Positions 9,364 to 19,640 of a stretch of DNA of 64,000 bases are shown piece after piece (positions within the stretch are counted from its first letter, which is position 1; each line of letters opens with the position of its first letter). The stretch is from Endomicrobiales bacterium (GTDB taxonomy: Bacteria; Elusimicrobiota; Endomicrobiia; Endomicrobiales; CAWCFT01): assembly GCA_963794945.1 (NCBI GenBank), contig CAWCFT010000004.1:370691-434690 (forward strand), given 5' to 3'. The position numbers and the translations under genes are program-made. Under the pieces are notes generated by a model. That model did not search any database. It was not told the DNA's origin and saw only the letters and a program-made list of their open reading frames with translations.

Positions 9364-10137
9364 TTAGCACTTCCACGCCAGCTGGTCGCCCTGGAGCCTT
9401 TTTGATATTATGCTCGCGTAAACCGAGTATATGCCCACAATGTAAACCGTGTCCAGCGGCGGGTCGAAAGCGATGAACATTGTCGCCATAAAAACATAAC
9501 TGAACCTGTGGATTAGGAACAGGAAAAGCACATACCTTACAAACCCGAACGCGATGGAATAGACAAGCACGGTCGCGATAACCGCGTACTGCTCGAATAT
9601 GTTCGCTGGCAGAAGGACCAGCGATATGGCCATTACTACGGGGATAATCGCCCATATACCTATCTCGGTGGCAAGGTAGAAGTCTGAAAATCGCAGCACG
9701 TTGTAGGGGAAACTGTCAGGGAACAACAGGAATACCGCAGCCGATACGGCCGTTATCATCAGCACAAAGCTCGCGTACAGCGTGATGGACCTCGGCACTT
9801 TTTTTACCTTGGCCAGCAGCCAAATGCCTGCAACGCACGCCGCGCACAAACCGGCTGAAAACCAGGGTGTCGGGTATTTGCCCATGAAGTCCACAAGGTA
9901 CATCTTGCCGAACAGCGAAATCTGCTTTTCCGCTATGTCGGTGTGCACTCCGCTTAGGTAGGTAAAGATGTCTTTAGCGGCGGTGCTTATTAGAAATGTT
10001 ATGTCGGACGAGAAGACAATAACGAAAACTATGAACGGAACGCATAGCGCGGCAAACCTCAGAAAATTCCCTATCTTTCCCGGGAAATATATCCTTCGGT
10101 ACGCCCTGTGGCAGTATATCTGGCCTTCTTTATTCAT
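9364..10137 (-). CDS. Multi-pass membrane protein, first gene of the EPS operon
   Basis: About 7 hydrophobic segments; co-oriented with the GT2 gene. Confidence 0.7.
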   Translation of the reverse strand: MNKEGQIYCHRAYRRIYFPGKIGNFLRFAALCVPFIVFVIVFSSDITFLISTAAKDIFTYLSGVHTDIAEKQISLFGKMYLVDFMGKYPTPWFSAGLCAACVAGIWLLAKVKKVPRSITLYASFVLMITAVSAAVFLLFPDSFPYNVLRFSDFYLATEIGIWAIIPVVMAISLVLLPANIFEQYAVIATVLVYSIAFGFVRYVLFLFLIHRFSYVFMATMFIAFDPPLDTVYIVGIYSVYASIISKRLQGDQLAWKC

Positions 10138-10151
10138 TGATACCCGTTAGT

Positions 10152-10235
10152 TGTCATTTCGAATCCCGCCTGGGCGGGAGAGAAATCTTTCTGAGCGGCA
10201 AGATTCCTCTCCGCCTCTGGCGGATCGGAATGACA
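10152..10235. repeat. TGTCAT-ended palindromic repeat (empty copy)
   Basis: TGTCATTTCGAATCCCGCCTGGGCGGGAGAGAAATCT...AGATTCCTC...TCGGAATGACA. Confidence 0.9.
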
Positions 10236-10320
10236 GGCCCACGTCAGGAATAACCGTTGTCACCCGCGCGCCAAAGTAGTATAATTTGAGACAGTTGAAA
10301 AACATCGATTCCAGCTTTTC

Positions 10321-10396
10321 TGTCATTCCCGAGTGCCTTAATCGGGAATCCATTATCAAATGAATTGTAGATTCCCGCTTTCGCGGGATTCAATGA
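10321..10396. repeat. TGTCATTCCC-subtype palindromic repeat
   Basis: TGTCATTCCCGAGTGCCTTAATCGGGAATCC...GATTCCCGCTTTCGCGGGA. Confidence 0.8.
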
Positions 10397-10411
10397 TCTC
10401 AAGGAGCCAAC

Positions 10412-10759
10412 ATGTTCTGCCCTAAATGCCGCACCGAATATATTGACGGTTTAAAAACATGCGACGATTGCGGGACGGCGCTGGTGGAAACCCTGCCTGA
10501 AGAATGCCGTAACGAAGAGCTTGATTACCGCAAACTTACTGATGTTTTTACTACCAACAATTCAATTGAAGCGAACTTCATCAAATCCCTTCTTGGCTCC
10601 AACAACATCGAGTGCTTCATCAGCAACGAACACCTTGTCTCTATCAATATTCTTATGAGCCAGGCCGTCCAGATGAAAGTCCTGGTGGCTCCCGAAAACG
10701 CGCCCCGCGCAAAAGAAATAATCACACAGTATTATAAAGACCTGCAGGCCGGGCACTGA
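10412..10759 (+). CDS. DUF2007-like protein with N-terminal zinc ribbon
   Basis: MFCPKC...CDDCGTALV and EANFIKSLLGSNNIEC; AAGGAG RBS. Confidence 0.8.
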   Translation: MFCPKCRTEYIDGLKTCDDCGTALVETLPEECRNEELDYRKLTDVFTTNNSIEANFIKSLLGSNNIECFISNEHLVSINILMSQAVQMKVLVAPENAPRAKEIITQYYKDLQAGH

Positions 10760-10804
10760 CCATATTTATACGCGTTTTAGCCGTCAAACAAAATACCCCC
10801 CACC

Positions 10805-11231
10805 TTATTTAATTATTGAACTGGATCTTTCAAAAAATTTTGCTGCATGCTTTAGTAAGCCTTCACAGGCTTGTTCTGTCCATCTGTCATAGTAATCAGC
10901 ATCTTCTCTGAGATTTTTCGCTTCCTGCAATGCTTCCAATAATTCCGCGGGTATTTTGTTTGTTTTCACATACAATTCTCTTATAGCTGCCGCCAGGCAA
11001 AAATGGCTGTGTTCGCGAAGATTTTCCGCGTACAAAAGCGCCCGCGCGCTATGAAACATTGAATAGTAGGTTTGCACCGTGGCCCATTTATAATCTTTTT
11101 CTTCGTAAGTTTTTTGCGCCCTCTTCAAGTCTGATTCCGCGGTCATCCAGCTCCTTGCGGGCCAATTCCTTTCCTCTTGAAAAAGGCTTAATTTTTCCTC
11201 GTTTTAAACAATCGTCATACTCAAGGCTCAT
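10805..11231 (-). CDS. HEPN-domain protein (frameshift near 11146)
   Basis: YYSMFHSARALL, EHSH, REDADY; N-terminus MSLEYDDCLKRGKI is in another frame and overlaps the upstream stop (ATGA). Confidence 0.8.
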
Positions 11232-11779
11232 CTTTCCTTTTCCTCCGCAAGCGTTATACCTCTTTCTATTTCTTTGTAAAAGACGGGGTTTTTTTCCTTC
11301 CATTCCGCAAGCTCTGCCTGGGTTTTCACTATAACCTGCGTCTTTCGGTTCGACTTATACGAAGACAATATTTTATTAACAGCCTCGTTGTCCCTGGCAA
11401 GGACAAAAAGGTCGATATCGCTGTCAGACATATCCTCGCCGCGGCTGGCGCTGCCAAAAAGGATTATTTTTCTTGATACGGTAATGAGTTTGCTCACAAG
11501 GCTTTCCAGGCTGACCGTGACAAACAGCACCTTAAACTGCTTGGCGATAAAATTATCGTGGTTGAAACTGTAGATCAACAGGTTTCCCCTTGAATGCCTA
11601 TGGACAAGATGCTGTCTCGCCAGGTCTTTCAGCGCCAGATAAACTCCCGGGCGGCTCAGCTTTGTAACAGCCTGTATCTCGCTAGAAATGAAATCTTTCT
11701 CGGGGCTTGCCGCCAGAAATGATAACACCTTAAGCGCGTTAGAAGAATTAAAAACAGTAACCTTTGAAATCCCTTCCAT
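11228..11779 (-). CDS. HTH plus minimal nucleotidyltransferase (MNT antitoxin)
   Basis: LFGSASRGEDMSDSDIDLFV motif; N-terminal wHTH; coupled to the HEPN gene. Confidence 0.85.
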   Translation of the reverse strand: MEGISKVTVFNSSNALKVLSFLAASPEKDFISSEIQAVTKLSRPGVYLALKDLARQHLVHRHSRGNLLIYSFNHDNFIAKQFKVLFVTVSLESLVSKLITVSRKIILFGSASRGEDMSDSDIDLFVLARDNEAVNKILSSYKSNRKTQVIVKTQAELAEWKEKNPVFYKEIERGITLAEEKER

Positions 11780-11789
11780 AAAAACCCCG

Positions 11790-11847
11790 TGTATATTAAT
11801 TTATACTTATGTATAATATATTATACTTGTGTATATTATACTATACA
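11790..11847. promoter_or_regulatory. Three tandem GTATA-Nx-TATAC palindromes upstream of MNT-HEPN (putative operators)
   Basis: TGTATATTAATTTATAC, TGTATAATATATTATAC, TGTATATTATAC. Confidence 0.5.
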
Positions 11848-11872
11848 GTAAGTGCCTTGTCAATGGGCTTAC

Positions 11873-12148
11873 CTAATGAAAAGCACTATTATTATTGTGC
11901 CTGAAATGCACGAACACCCTGCCGAAATTCTTGTCGTCGTTCTCCAGCCTGTGGTATAGGCATTTTATTTTAGGCTGAGCGAGGAACCGCTGAACGTGCT
12001 TCTTTAGCTGGCCGCTGCCTTTGCCGGTAATTATCTCAACAAGCGGGATGCGCTTACTAACCGCTTCTTCCATAACGCGGTTAAGCTCGCTTTCGATCGC
12101 CTGCCCTTTGTTGAATATCTCATGCAGATCCAGTTTTATTTTTGCCAT
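11873..12148 (-). CDS. Stand-alone Smr/MutS2 C-terminal domain protein
   Basis: LDLH...EIITGKGSGQLK motif. Confidence 0.9.
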   Translation of the reverse strand: MAKIKLDLHEIFNKGQAIESELNRVMEEAVSKRIPLVEIITGKGSGQLKKHVQRFLAQPKIKCLYHRLENDDKNFGRVFVHFRHNNNSAFH

Positions 12149-12217
12149 GATTTAGATGTTATCCTCACTTATCATACCAGCCCGGGGTAATGAGTTTGCC
12201 TTGTTTTCGGCAGGCTT

Positions 12218-12823
12218 TTACTGCTTTAGAACCTCATCAACCAGGGCTATGTACTGCTCCTTAGACATCCCATAGCCCTTCAGCACGGGTTCATTAACGG
12301 CGTCCATGTTCTTGTTTTCCAGCGACTGCCTGATTGCCTGAAGCCAGGATTTGTTAGTAGCACCCATAGTTTTGATCTGGTCAGGTGAAGGCAGGGCAGC
12401 CGCTGTTGCGTTAGCGTTCACGGCCTGTCCGCTGCCAGCTACCTCGCCCGCCGCTGCTTTGCCTTTACCCTTTCCAGAGTTGGGCTTCCCTTTCTTCTTG
12501 CCGGTCTTGCCTGCCGCGGCCGGCTTCTTGACTACACCAAGTACCTGATAGCCAGCCTCACCCATGCCTTTAATCCTTACGCCGTATTTGGCATAATCAG
12601 GCCCCATCAGCGGTATCTGTCCCCTCAAATACCTGGCCTTCTTGTCTGCCTCTTCTTTAGTTTTAAAAGGCTTGCCTATCAACGCTGCCTTTTCTTCAGG
12701 GCTGCATTTTAGTCCCTGGTCAACCTGATCCATGATAGACTTGCACTGCGGGTCAAGCTGCTTCTTTGAAACCTGCTTTAAGCTTACAAATCCAACTACG
12801 TCCATGCCCTCCATTTCTCCCAT
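12218..12823 (-). CDS. Hypothetical protein with Lys/Ala-rich linker
   Basis: 201-aa ORF with GGAGGG RBS; no family recognised. Confidence 0.6.
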   Translation of the reverse strand: MGEMEGMDVVGFVSLKQVSKKQLDPQCKSIMDQVDQGLKCSPEEKAALIGKPFKTKEEADKKARYLRGQIPLMGPDYAKYGVRIKGMGEAGYQVLGVVKKPAAAGKTGKKKGKPNSGKGKGKAAAGEVAGSGQAVNANATAAALPSPDQIKTMGATNKSWLQAIRQSLENKNMDAVNEPVLKGYGMSKEQYIALVDEVLKQ

Positions 12824-12912
12824 GATGTTCCCTCCAGTCTGGGCTAAACCTGCCCATCATTAATAGCCATAGTAAGTATGAAATTAATTGTACTTTAAAT
12901 GATTTTTACTTT

Positions 12913-13001
12913 TGTCATGGAATGTGTCATACAACATGTCATTGAACTAGTTATATACTCGTTCTATAACTTGTCATGGAACATGTCATAGAACTTGTTA
13001 T
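12913..13001. repeat. Tandem degenerate 12-bp repeats (consensus TGTCATnGAACw), about 8 units
   Basis: Units start at 12913, 12925, 12937, 12949, ~12960, 12972, 12984 and 12996. Confidence 0.7.
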
Positions 13002-13027
13002 AATTTATTTCAGAACTGCATATCTAA

Positions 13028-13129
13028 TTATTTACTGACCTGTTTTGCTTTTTTTATAAGCCTTTTCTCTTTCAATGTTTTTCCAGCTACCTTTTTTACA
13101 TCTCTTCTTGACTTTTGCTCATGACTCAT
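13028..13129 (-). CDS. 33-aa basic peptide (not in ORF track)
   Basis: MSHEQKSRRDVKKVAGKTLKEKRLIKKAKQVSK*; AAAGGAG RBS. Confidence 0.6.
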   Translation of the reverse strand: MSHEQKSRRDVKKVAGKTLKEKRLIKKAKQVSK

Positions 13130-13373
13130 GGCTTTCTCCTTTTGTCTTATTTTAAGCTAATGTTAAATATTGTTTTACTTTTAAAGTCTTAATTTAGATT
13201 TTTCCGTATTCTTTCACTTAATGAGCAAGGTGTCTTCGGAATTCTTTAATTCATTAGAGCCGTTACATTTATATTTCATAATTGTAATAGTAACACATAA
13301 TATTTGCTACCGTGATTTACATCGCAGTCTCAACACGATCATATTTTCACAATAGAGTTAAATTTTCATTATT

Positions 13374-13703
13374 TTAGGGCATAAGATCGCCATTTTCATC
13401 TAGTTTCCAGGACGTTTTATTTAGTTCTTTTATTGCTTTTTGATGCTTTTCATTTGTGTATTTCTGAACTTCATTTTTTAAGTTCAATATTTCTATTTGT
13501 TGGTTTAGATCACGTTTATCATAAAAATCATTCAAATTCTGAAATATAACTAAAAATATCGAAACTACAAGAAAAACAATCCATATTATCCGCTCTGATA
13601 CTTTTTCAGATTTAACAGAAAGAAAAGAAGTAACCAGAATACTTAATATTATCAATATTATATTTATTGCAACGTTCATATCATTTCCAAATCTTCTATG
13701 CAC
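13374..13703 (-). CDS. Hypothetical two-TM protein in an AT-rich segment
   Basis: Two hydrophobic helices followed by a coiled-coil-like tail. Confidence 0.55.
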   Translation of the reverse strand: MHRRFGNDMNVAINIILIILSILVTSFLSVKSEKVSERIIWIVFLVVSIFLVIFQNLNDFYDKRDLNQQIEILNLKNEVQKYTNEKHQKAIKELNKTSWKLDENGDLMP

Positions 13704-13843
13704 CTTTATCTAAAAACTTGCACACAACGAAGGAATTCCCAGGCCACAATATTTATCTTTCGTACTTTCTGTCATAATGTATCTTATGTCACATTCAGCT
13801 TACTCTGACGTCAATCAAAAACACCACGGCACGGGGCTTGCAT

Positions 13844-16093
13844 TTACACGCGCGCGAGTATTTTTTCTATGTGTTCAATACTGCTTGACGCGAGCATCTC
13901 ATCGGCCGCTGCTTTGGCTTTTATGGAATCTATGTTTGAGATCAGTTTCTGGTTCTCGGCGAAATATATCGGGTTCATGCTCAGGGCGGTTATTCCGATG
14001 CCTATCAGGAAAGGTATATACTGCGCTGTCTGCGCCATGTCGCCGCAAACCGAGACTTCCCTACTGTGCTTAAGTCCTGCCGCCGCAACTTTTTTGATAG
14101 CGCGCAGAACCGCGGGGTGGTGAGGCACGTAATAATCCGCGACTTCCTCATTAGTGCGGTCGGCCGCGAGCATATATTGGACTAGGTCGTTTGTGCCTAT
14201 TGAGAAAAAGTCGGCGGTAGCGGAAAAATCGTCTATGATGTCGATTACCGAAGGGACCTCAACCATTATGCCTATCTTGGGCGCGGCGTTGTGGGGCACT
14301 TTCGCCGCGCGCAGGGAGTCGATGCCCTCGAGCACGATATTCTTGGCTTTTTCGAACTCTTCTATTGAGTACACCATCGGGAACATGATCTTTAAATTCG
14401 CGTCCACGCCTGCCCGGAGCACCGCCTTTATCTGCTGGGAAAATATATCTTTGTGCTTGAGCGAGAACCGTATCGAGCGCATGCCGAGGAAAGGGTTCTC
14501 TTTTTTTGCCGACTGGTAGTACGGCAGGGCCTTGTCGCCGCCGATGTCGAGCGTCCTGAAGGTTATTTCTTTTTTGGGCGAGCCTTCAACGAGCTTGCGG
14601 TAGACAAAATACTGCTCTTCTTCGGACGGAAAATTCCTGCGGATGATGAAAGGGAACTCCGAGCGGTAGAGGCCTATGCCGTCGCACGCGAGCTTCTTTA
14701 TGAAATCGAGGTCTTTAAGGAGGTTTACGTTCGCGAGAAGGTTTATCCTCACCCCGTCCTTGGTTTTTGTTACCGGCTCCATCTTGATGCTGGCGGAAGA
14801 GACGGCCAGCTGTTTTATCTTGTCCTTGTATTCATCCACAACGAATTTTTCCGGGTTGATAAAAACGTTGCCTAGCTCCGCGTCAACAAGTACCTTTGTG
14901 CCGGGCTCGATATTGACGATACCGGGCTCGTTTACTATCACAAGCGGTATCTGGAGCGAACGCGCGAGGATGGCCACGTGAGAGGTCACGCCACCCGAAT
15001 TGAGTATTATCCCTCTTATATTCTGCGTGGAAAGCGTCAGTATGTCGGACGGGTACATCTCGCTTGCTACAACCACGGACCTTTTTACACCCGGCAGCTT
15101 TATCTCTTTTTTTACGAGGTTCGAGACTATCCTGGTTACGAGGTCTTCTATGTCCTGCGCTTTTTCTTTCATGTACTCGTCGGCCCCGTTGAGGAACATA
15201 TCGCGGTATTTTTTACCGACCGTGATGACCGCCGCGGGCGGGTTGACGCCCTTTGCTATAAGCGCCTCTATCGAACTAAGGACACTTTTATCCTTTATTA
15301 TCATTATGTGCGAAGTAAATATCATAGAGGCGGCGTCACTTAACTGGTCGCCGACTTTTTTCTGCATGGTTTCAAGCTGGTTCTCCGTGGCGTCTACGGC
15401 GGCATAAAAATCTTTCAGTGTGTACCGGCGACTGAACTCCAGTTTTTCTATCCTGCTAAACCCCGCTTCTTTTGTGACTACCGCGGCCGGGCCGTAAGCG
15501 TACCCGCGCGAAGCCGTCCTGCCTTTAAGGAACTTAAATTCAAAGACGGGCTTAGCCGTTTTTATTTCCCTTGCCGCTCCGGTCCTGTTAAACGACATCA
15601 TGAACCTGGCGTTCTCTATGAGGCTCGCGAGCTGGGAGGCGATGATCTTTACTGCGAGCAGGTCGTTCTCTTCAAAGCGGTTCTCCTCTGTTCTCTGAAG
15701 CATCAGCACGCCGATCTTCGACGACCCGTTAACTATGGGAACGGACAGGAACGATTTATAAAGCTCTTCATGCGTGCCTTTGAAATACTTGAAGTTCGGA
15801 TGGCTGAACCCGTCAATGGTGCAGATGGGCTCGTTGAGGCCTAGGCTTGTGCCGGCTATGCCTTCGCCGAGCTTAAGGCGTATCTTTCCGATAAGACCCG
15901 CATCGAAACCCACGTTCGCGCGCAGGACAAGCTCTTTTTTTTCTTCTTCGTAAAGGTAGATGGAACAGATGTTCGCTTTCATCCTGCGGGCAATGAGCTC
16001 AACTATATTATTCAAAAGCGTTTCGATAGTGTTCGCGCCTTTAAACACCCAGTCAAGCTCTCCGATGTCGAGTAATAATTTTATGTAATCCAT
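13844..16093 (-). CDS. ptsP: Phosphoenolpyruvate-protein phosphotransferase with N-terminal GAF domain (EI-Ntr type)
   Basis: GAF domain; GGVTSHVAILARS phospho-His; GIGLYRSEF, RTLDIGGDK, SIGTNDL, CGDMA. Confidence 0.92.
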   Translation of the reverse strand: MDYIKLLLDIGELDWVFKGANTIETLLNNIVELIARRMKANICSIYLYEEEKKELVLRANVGFDAGLIGKIRLKLGEGIAGTSLGLNEPICTIDGFSHPNFKYFKGTHEELYKSFLSVPIVNGSSKIGVLMLQRTEENRFEENDLLAVKIIASQLASLIENARFMMSFNRTGAAREIKTAKPVFEFKFLKGRTASRGYAYGPAAVVTKEAGFSRIEKLEFSRRYTLKDFYAAVDATENQLETMQKKVGDQLSDAASMIFTSHIMIIKDKSVLSSIEALIAKGVNPPAAVITVGKKYRDMFLNGADEYMKEKAQDIEDLVTRIVSNLVKKEIKLPGVKRSVVVASEMYPSDILTLSTQNIRGIILNSGGVTSHVAILARSLQIPLVIVNEPGIVNIEPGTKVLVDAELGNVFINPEKFVVDEYKDKIKQLAVSSASIKMEPVTKTKDGVRINLLANVNLLKDLDFIKKLACDGIGLYRSEFPFIIRRNFPSEEEQYFVYRKLVEGSPKKEITFRTLDIGGDKALPYYQSAKKENPFLGMRSIRFSLKHKDIFSQQIKAVLRAGVDANLKIMFPMVYSIEEFEKAKNIVLEGIDSLRAAKVPHNAAPKIGIMVEVPSVIDIIDDFSATADFFSIGTNDLVQYMLAADRTNEEVADYYVPHHPAVLRAIKKVAAAGLKHSREVSVCGDMAQTAQYIPFLIGIGITALSMNPIYFAENQKLISNIDSIKAKAAADEMLASSSIEHIEKILARV

Positions 16094-16197
16094 TTAATTT
16101 AACCTCATTCTATTTTATTATCCGGATTAGTTGTCATATACATGTAAAGGCTGTATCGAGCTCAGATTTTGCCCTTGGTACAGCCGACACATCATTT

Positions 16198-16303
16198 ACT
16201 CCCCCCCTCTTTTGTGCAAAGAGGGGCTGGGAGGAGTTCTTTGATGCTCTCCTGTGTCTCAGTTTATACCCTCCCCTCAATCCCCTCTTTACAAAAGAGG
16301 GGA
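16198..16303. repeat. CCCCTCTTT/AAAGAGGGG double-hairpin repeat (empty copy)
   Basis: CCCCCTCTTTTGTGCAAAGAGGGGCTGGGAGGAGTT...CTCCCCTCAATCCCCTCTTTACAAAAGAGGGGA. Confidence 0.85.
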
Positions 16304-16374
16304 AGCTTGTATTTTACTTCTTCTCTCTGCCCATTGAAATTACTTTTTGAAAAGGCCGTATTGCTGGTAACCGC

Positions 16375-16411
16375 AAAAAAACCACATACGCATAAGCGAT
16401 GTGGTTTTTTT
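16375..16411 (-). terminator. Intrinsic terminator downstream of the RND gene
   Basis: A-run, ACCACAT...ATGTGGT hairpin, T-run. Confidence 0.6.
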
Positions 16412-16494
16412 GATAACTAATATTGTTAGTTTTGCGCACCGGAACCCCTTTTTGCATCCACTTAGGTGTCAGAACTTACTATTTATATTATACA

Positions 16495-19400
16495 TTATTT
16501 CTCGCCAAGCTCTTGCATCGCCAGCTTTACCTCTTCCTGATGATGTTTGCTTTCCAGCCCCGACAGCAGGCTGTAAACGCAGGGCACCACAAACAGTGTA
16601 AGAACAGTGGAGACAATAACTCCGCCTATAACGACTACCGCCATGGGAACGCGCGTTTCGGCTCCGGGCCCGATAGCCATGGCCGCCGGTATAGCGGCAG
16701 CGACTGTCGCGACAGAAGTCATCAGAATGGGCCTGAGCCTCAGCGGGCAGGCCGCTTTTAAAGCTTCTATCGCGTTCATGCCAGTCATCCCTTTTCTGGT
16801 TTGTAAAATCCACAAGAAGGATGGAATTCTTTCTTAACGATGCCCATAAGAAGTATTATGCCTATGGCGCTGTAGATATTTAGCGTTTGGTGCGTAAGGT
16901 ACAGGGCTATGCCCGCGCCCGACACGCTGAACGGCAAAGCTATCAGTACCGTGAACGGATGTATGAAACTGTTGAACTGTGTGCCGAGCACCATGTACGC
17001 CACAAAAATACCAAGTATAAGAGCGATGTAAAGGCTGCTGAAAGAATCCTGGAAGGTTTGTGCCGCGCCTGAGAAAACTATTTTGTAGCCTTCGGGAAGT
17101 ATTTTTTTTGCCAGCTGTTCCACCGCCTGTATGGCCTCGCCCTGCGATTTACCCGGGGCGGCGTTGGCGAACATCCTTATGGCGCGCTCGCGGTTCTCGC
17201 GTGTAACCGAAAGGAGGGCCGGTTTCTGCACCATATCAACTACTTCGGGAAGCTTTATGACTTCACCCCTGTCGTTCTTCACCCATATCTTGCTCAAGTC
17301 TTCCACCTGGTTCATATTATCCGAGACCATCTGCACCCTTATGTCATAGCGCCTGGTTTTGTGCGTGTACTTGCCCACCCTTACGCCGCCTACAAGGCCG
17401 TTGATGGTGTTGCCTATGGTCGTTATGCTTACGCTGTGTTTGGAAGCGTTTGCCCTGTTGGGCACTATCCTTACCTCGGGCATACCCACGTTGTAGTCAG
17501 AGTCAATGTCCACCATCAGGCCGCTTTTTTCCATCTCCTTCCACATCTGGCCGCTGAGCTCCGCGAGCTTGTCCCAGTCAAAGCCTGTTATGGTGAACTC
17601 AACAGGGAAACCGCGCTTCGCCGTGAACCCGAGAAGAGACGGATCCTGAAGGACCACCTTTGTTACTCCCGGGATAGTTTTTAATTCCTTCCTTAATATA
17701 GGCATCAAAGCTTGAGGCGTGAGCCTGCGGTGCGCCTTATTATCCACGGGGCGCTCGCCTAAAGGCTTGAGGTTCATCATCAGCATGCCGGTGTTGACCT
17801 GGCTGCCGCCCGCGCCGATGTTGTAGAAATAATCGTTAATTTCAGGGTGAGCTTTTATCATCTTACCGGCGGTATCATAAACTGACCTTGTAAAATCAAG
17901 CGACGATCCTATCTTGGTTTCAAGTTTAAGCATTAGCCTCGCCTGGTCCTGCGGTGGAACGAACTCTTTTTTAACCATGCCGAAAAATATGAGCGACACG
18001 GCGAATATCAAAAACGCGCCGGCAATAACCTTCCACCTGTGGTTCAGGCATAAGGTAAGCAAAGCGGCGTATTTAACACGCAGCCTGTCCATCAAATTGT
18101 CCATGAATTTACCTATGCCGGAGTTGTGGCCGACTGACAGGTACTGCGAGCAGTACATGGGAGTGAGCGTCAAAGCGCCGAGAAGCGATATAGCCACAGC
18201 GACGGATATAGTCACGCCGAATTGAAGGAAATATTTTCCTATAACACCCTGCATGAATATCACGGGAACGAATATGGCAAGTATCGCGGCGCTGGCGGCG
18301 ATAGCGGCAAAGGTAATTTCCCTCGCGCCGATTATGGCCGAACGCAGTTTTGTTTCGCCGTTTTCCCTGTGGCGGGCGATGTTCTCAAGCATCATTATGG
18401 CGTCGTCCACCACTATGCCTATGACAAGCGAAAGGCCCAGCAGCGTAAAGGCGTTGAGCGTGAACCCGAGCACATAGATAACGAAAAGCGTGCCGCAGAT
18501 GGACATCGGGATAGTCAGGAACACGTTGACCGCCGAACCGAACGAGCCGAGGAACAACCAGCATACTAGAGAGGTCAGAATTATGGACAGTATCATTACA
18601 AAATACATATCCTTCATTGAATCTTCCACGAAAGTCGAGGCGTCGAACCTCACGCCGAGATGCACGCCTTCGGGAAGGTATTTCTCCAGCTCCTTTATCT
18701 TCTTCTTGATATTGTGGGCCACCTCTACCGCGTTCGTGTTGCGCTGTTTTCTTACACCTATGCTTACGGCGTACTCGTCCATCACCTTCGACAGTTGCCT
18801 GATGTTGGCGAGGTCGTCTTGAACAGTAGCCACGTCGCCTATGCGGAATTTTTTCCATAAAAGGGAGTCAACACCGTTCACCCTAGACGGAATGATCAGC
18901 GAACTGAACTCCTCGGGCGTTTTAGCCTCGCCGACGACTCTGACGTTCGTTTCGTTAGGCCCGGAATCTATGTAGCCGGCGGGCAGTTCGGCGTGCTGCG
19001 CAAGTATAGCAGCGCTGACGTCGTCCACCGTCAGCTCGTCTTTTTTCATCTTGTCTGCGTTGAGCCAGACCCTCAGGTTGGGGTCATTGTAGCCGCCGAG
19101 CGTTATCTCGCCAACGTTATGCACCATGGATATCTGGTCTTTGACATAGTCCCTGGTATAATCGACCAGGTACCTCAGCGACTTGTTGGCGGCGGAAACC
19201 GTCATCCAGATTATGGGGTTGTCTTCGGGGTTGCTCTTTGTTATTATCGGCGGGTCCATATCGGACGGCAAGTTTTTTTGGGCGCGGGCTATACAGCTCT
19301 GGACCTGCTGCAAAGATACGTCGATGTCGCGGCCGAGGTCGAACTGTATCGTTATCTGCGACGTTCCTTCAAGAGTAGTTGAGGTCACTTCCTGTATGCC

Positions 19401-19625
19401 TTCCACACCCATTATTGTGTCTTCAATGGTATCGGTAATGACTGTTTCCATGACTTCCGGCGCGGCGTTCTGCCACGTTGTGGTGACTGTCAGCACTGGG
19501 AAATCAACGTCCGGCAGCTGGCTTACGCCCAGCCTCAAAAAAGCCACGAGGCCGAATACCACGATGCCGATCAAAAGCATCCACGCGAAAACCGGATTTT
19601 TAATAGATGTGTCTGATAAAGCCAT
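16495..19625 (-). CDS. RND (AcrB/AcrD/AcrF family) efflux permease; two frameshifts near 16790-16835
   Basis: PDVDFP, GIVVDDAI; GIVK..NSILLVDF and RLRPILMTS are recoverable across frames. Confidence 0.9.
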
Positions 19626-19640
19626 GTTCTTCTCCTGTTG

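Noticed and set aside
10147..10359. 70-aa ORF (also 1423-1611, 16169-16420, 50583-50831)
   Set aside because: These are translations of palindromic repeats (MDSRLRHSGMT, PPSFVQRG), not credible genes
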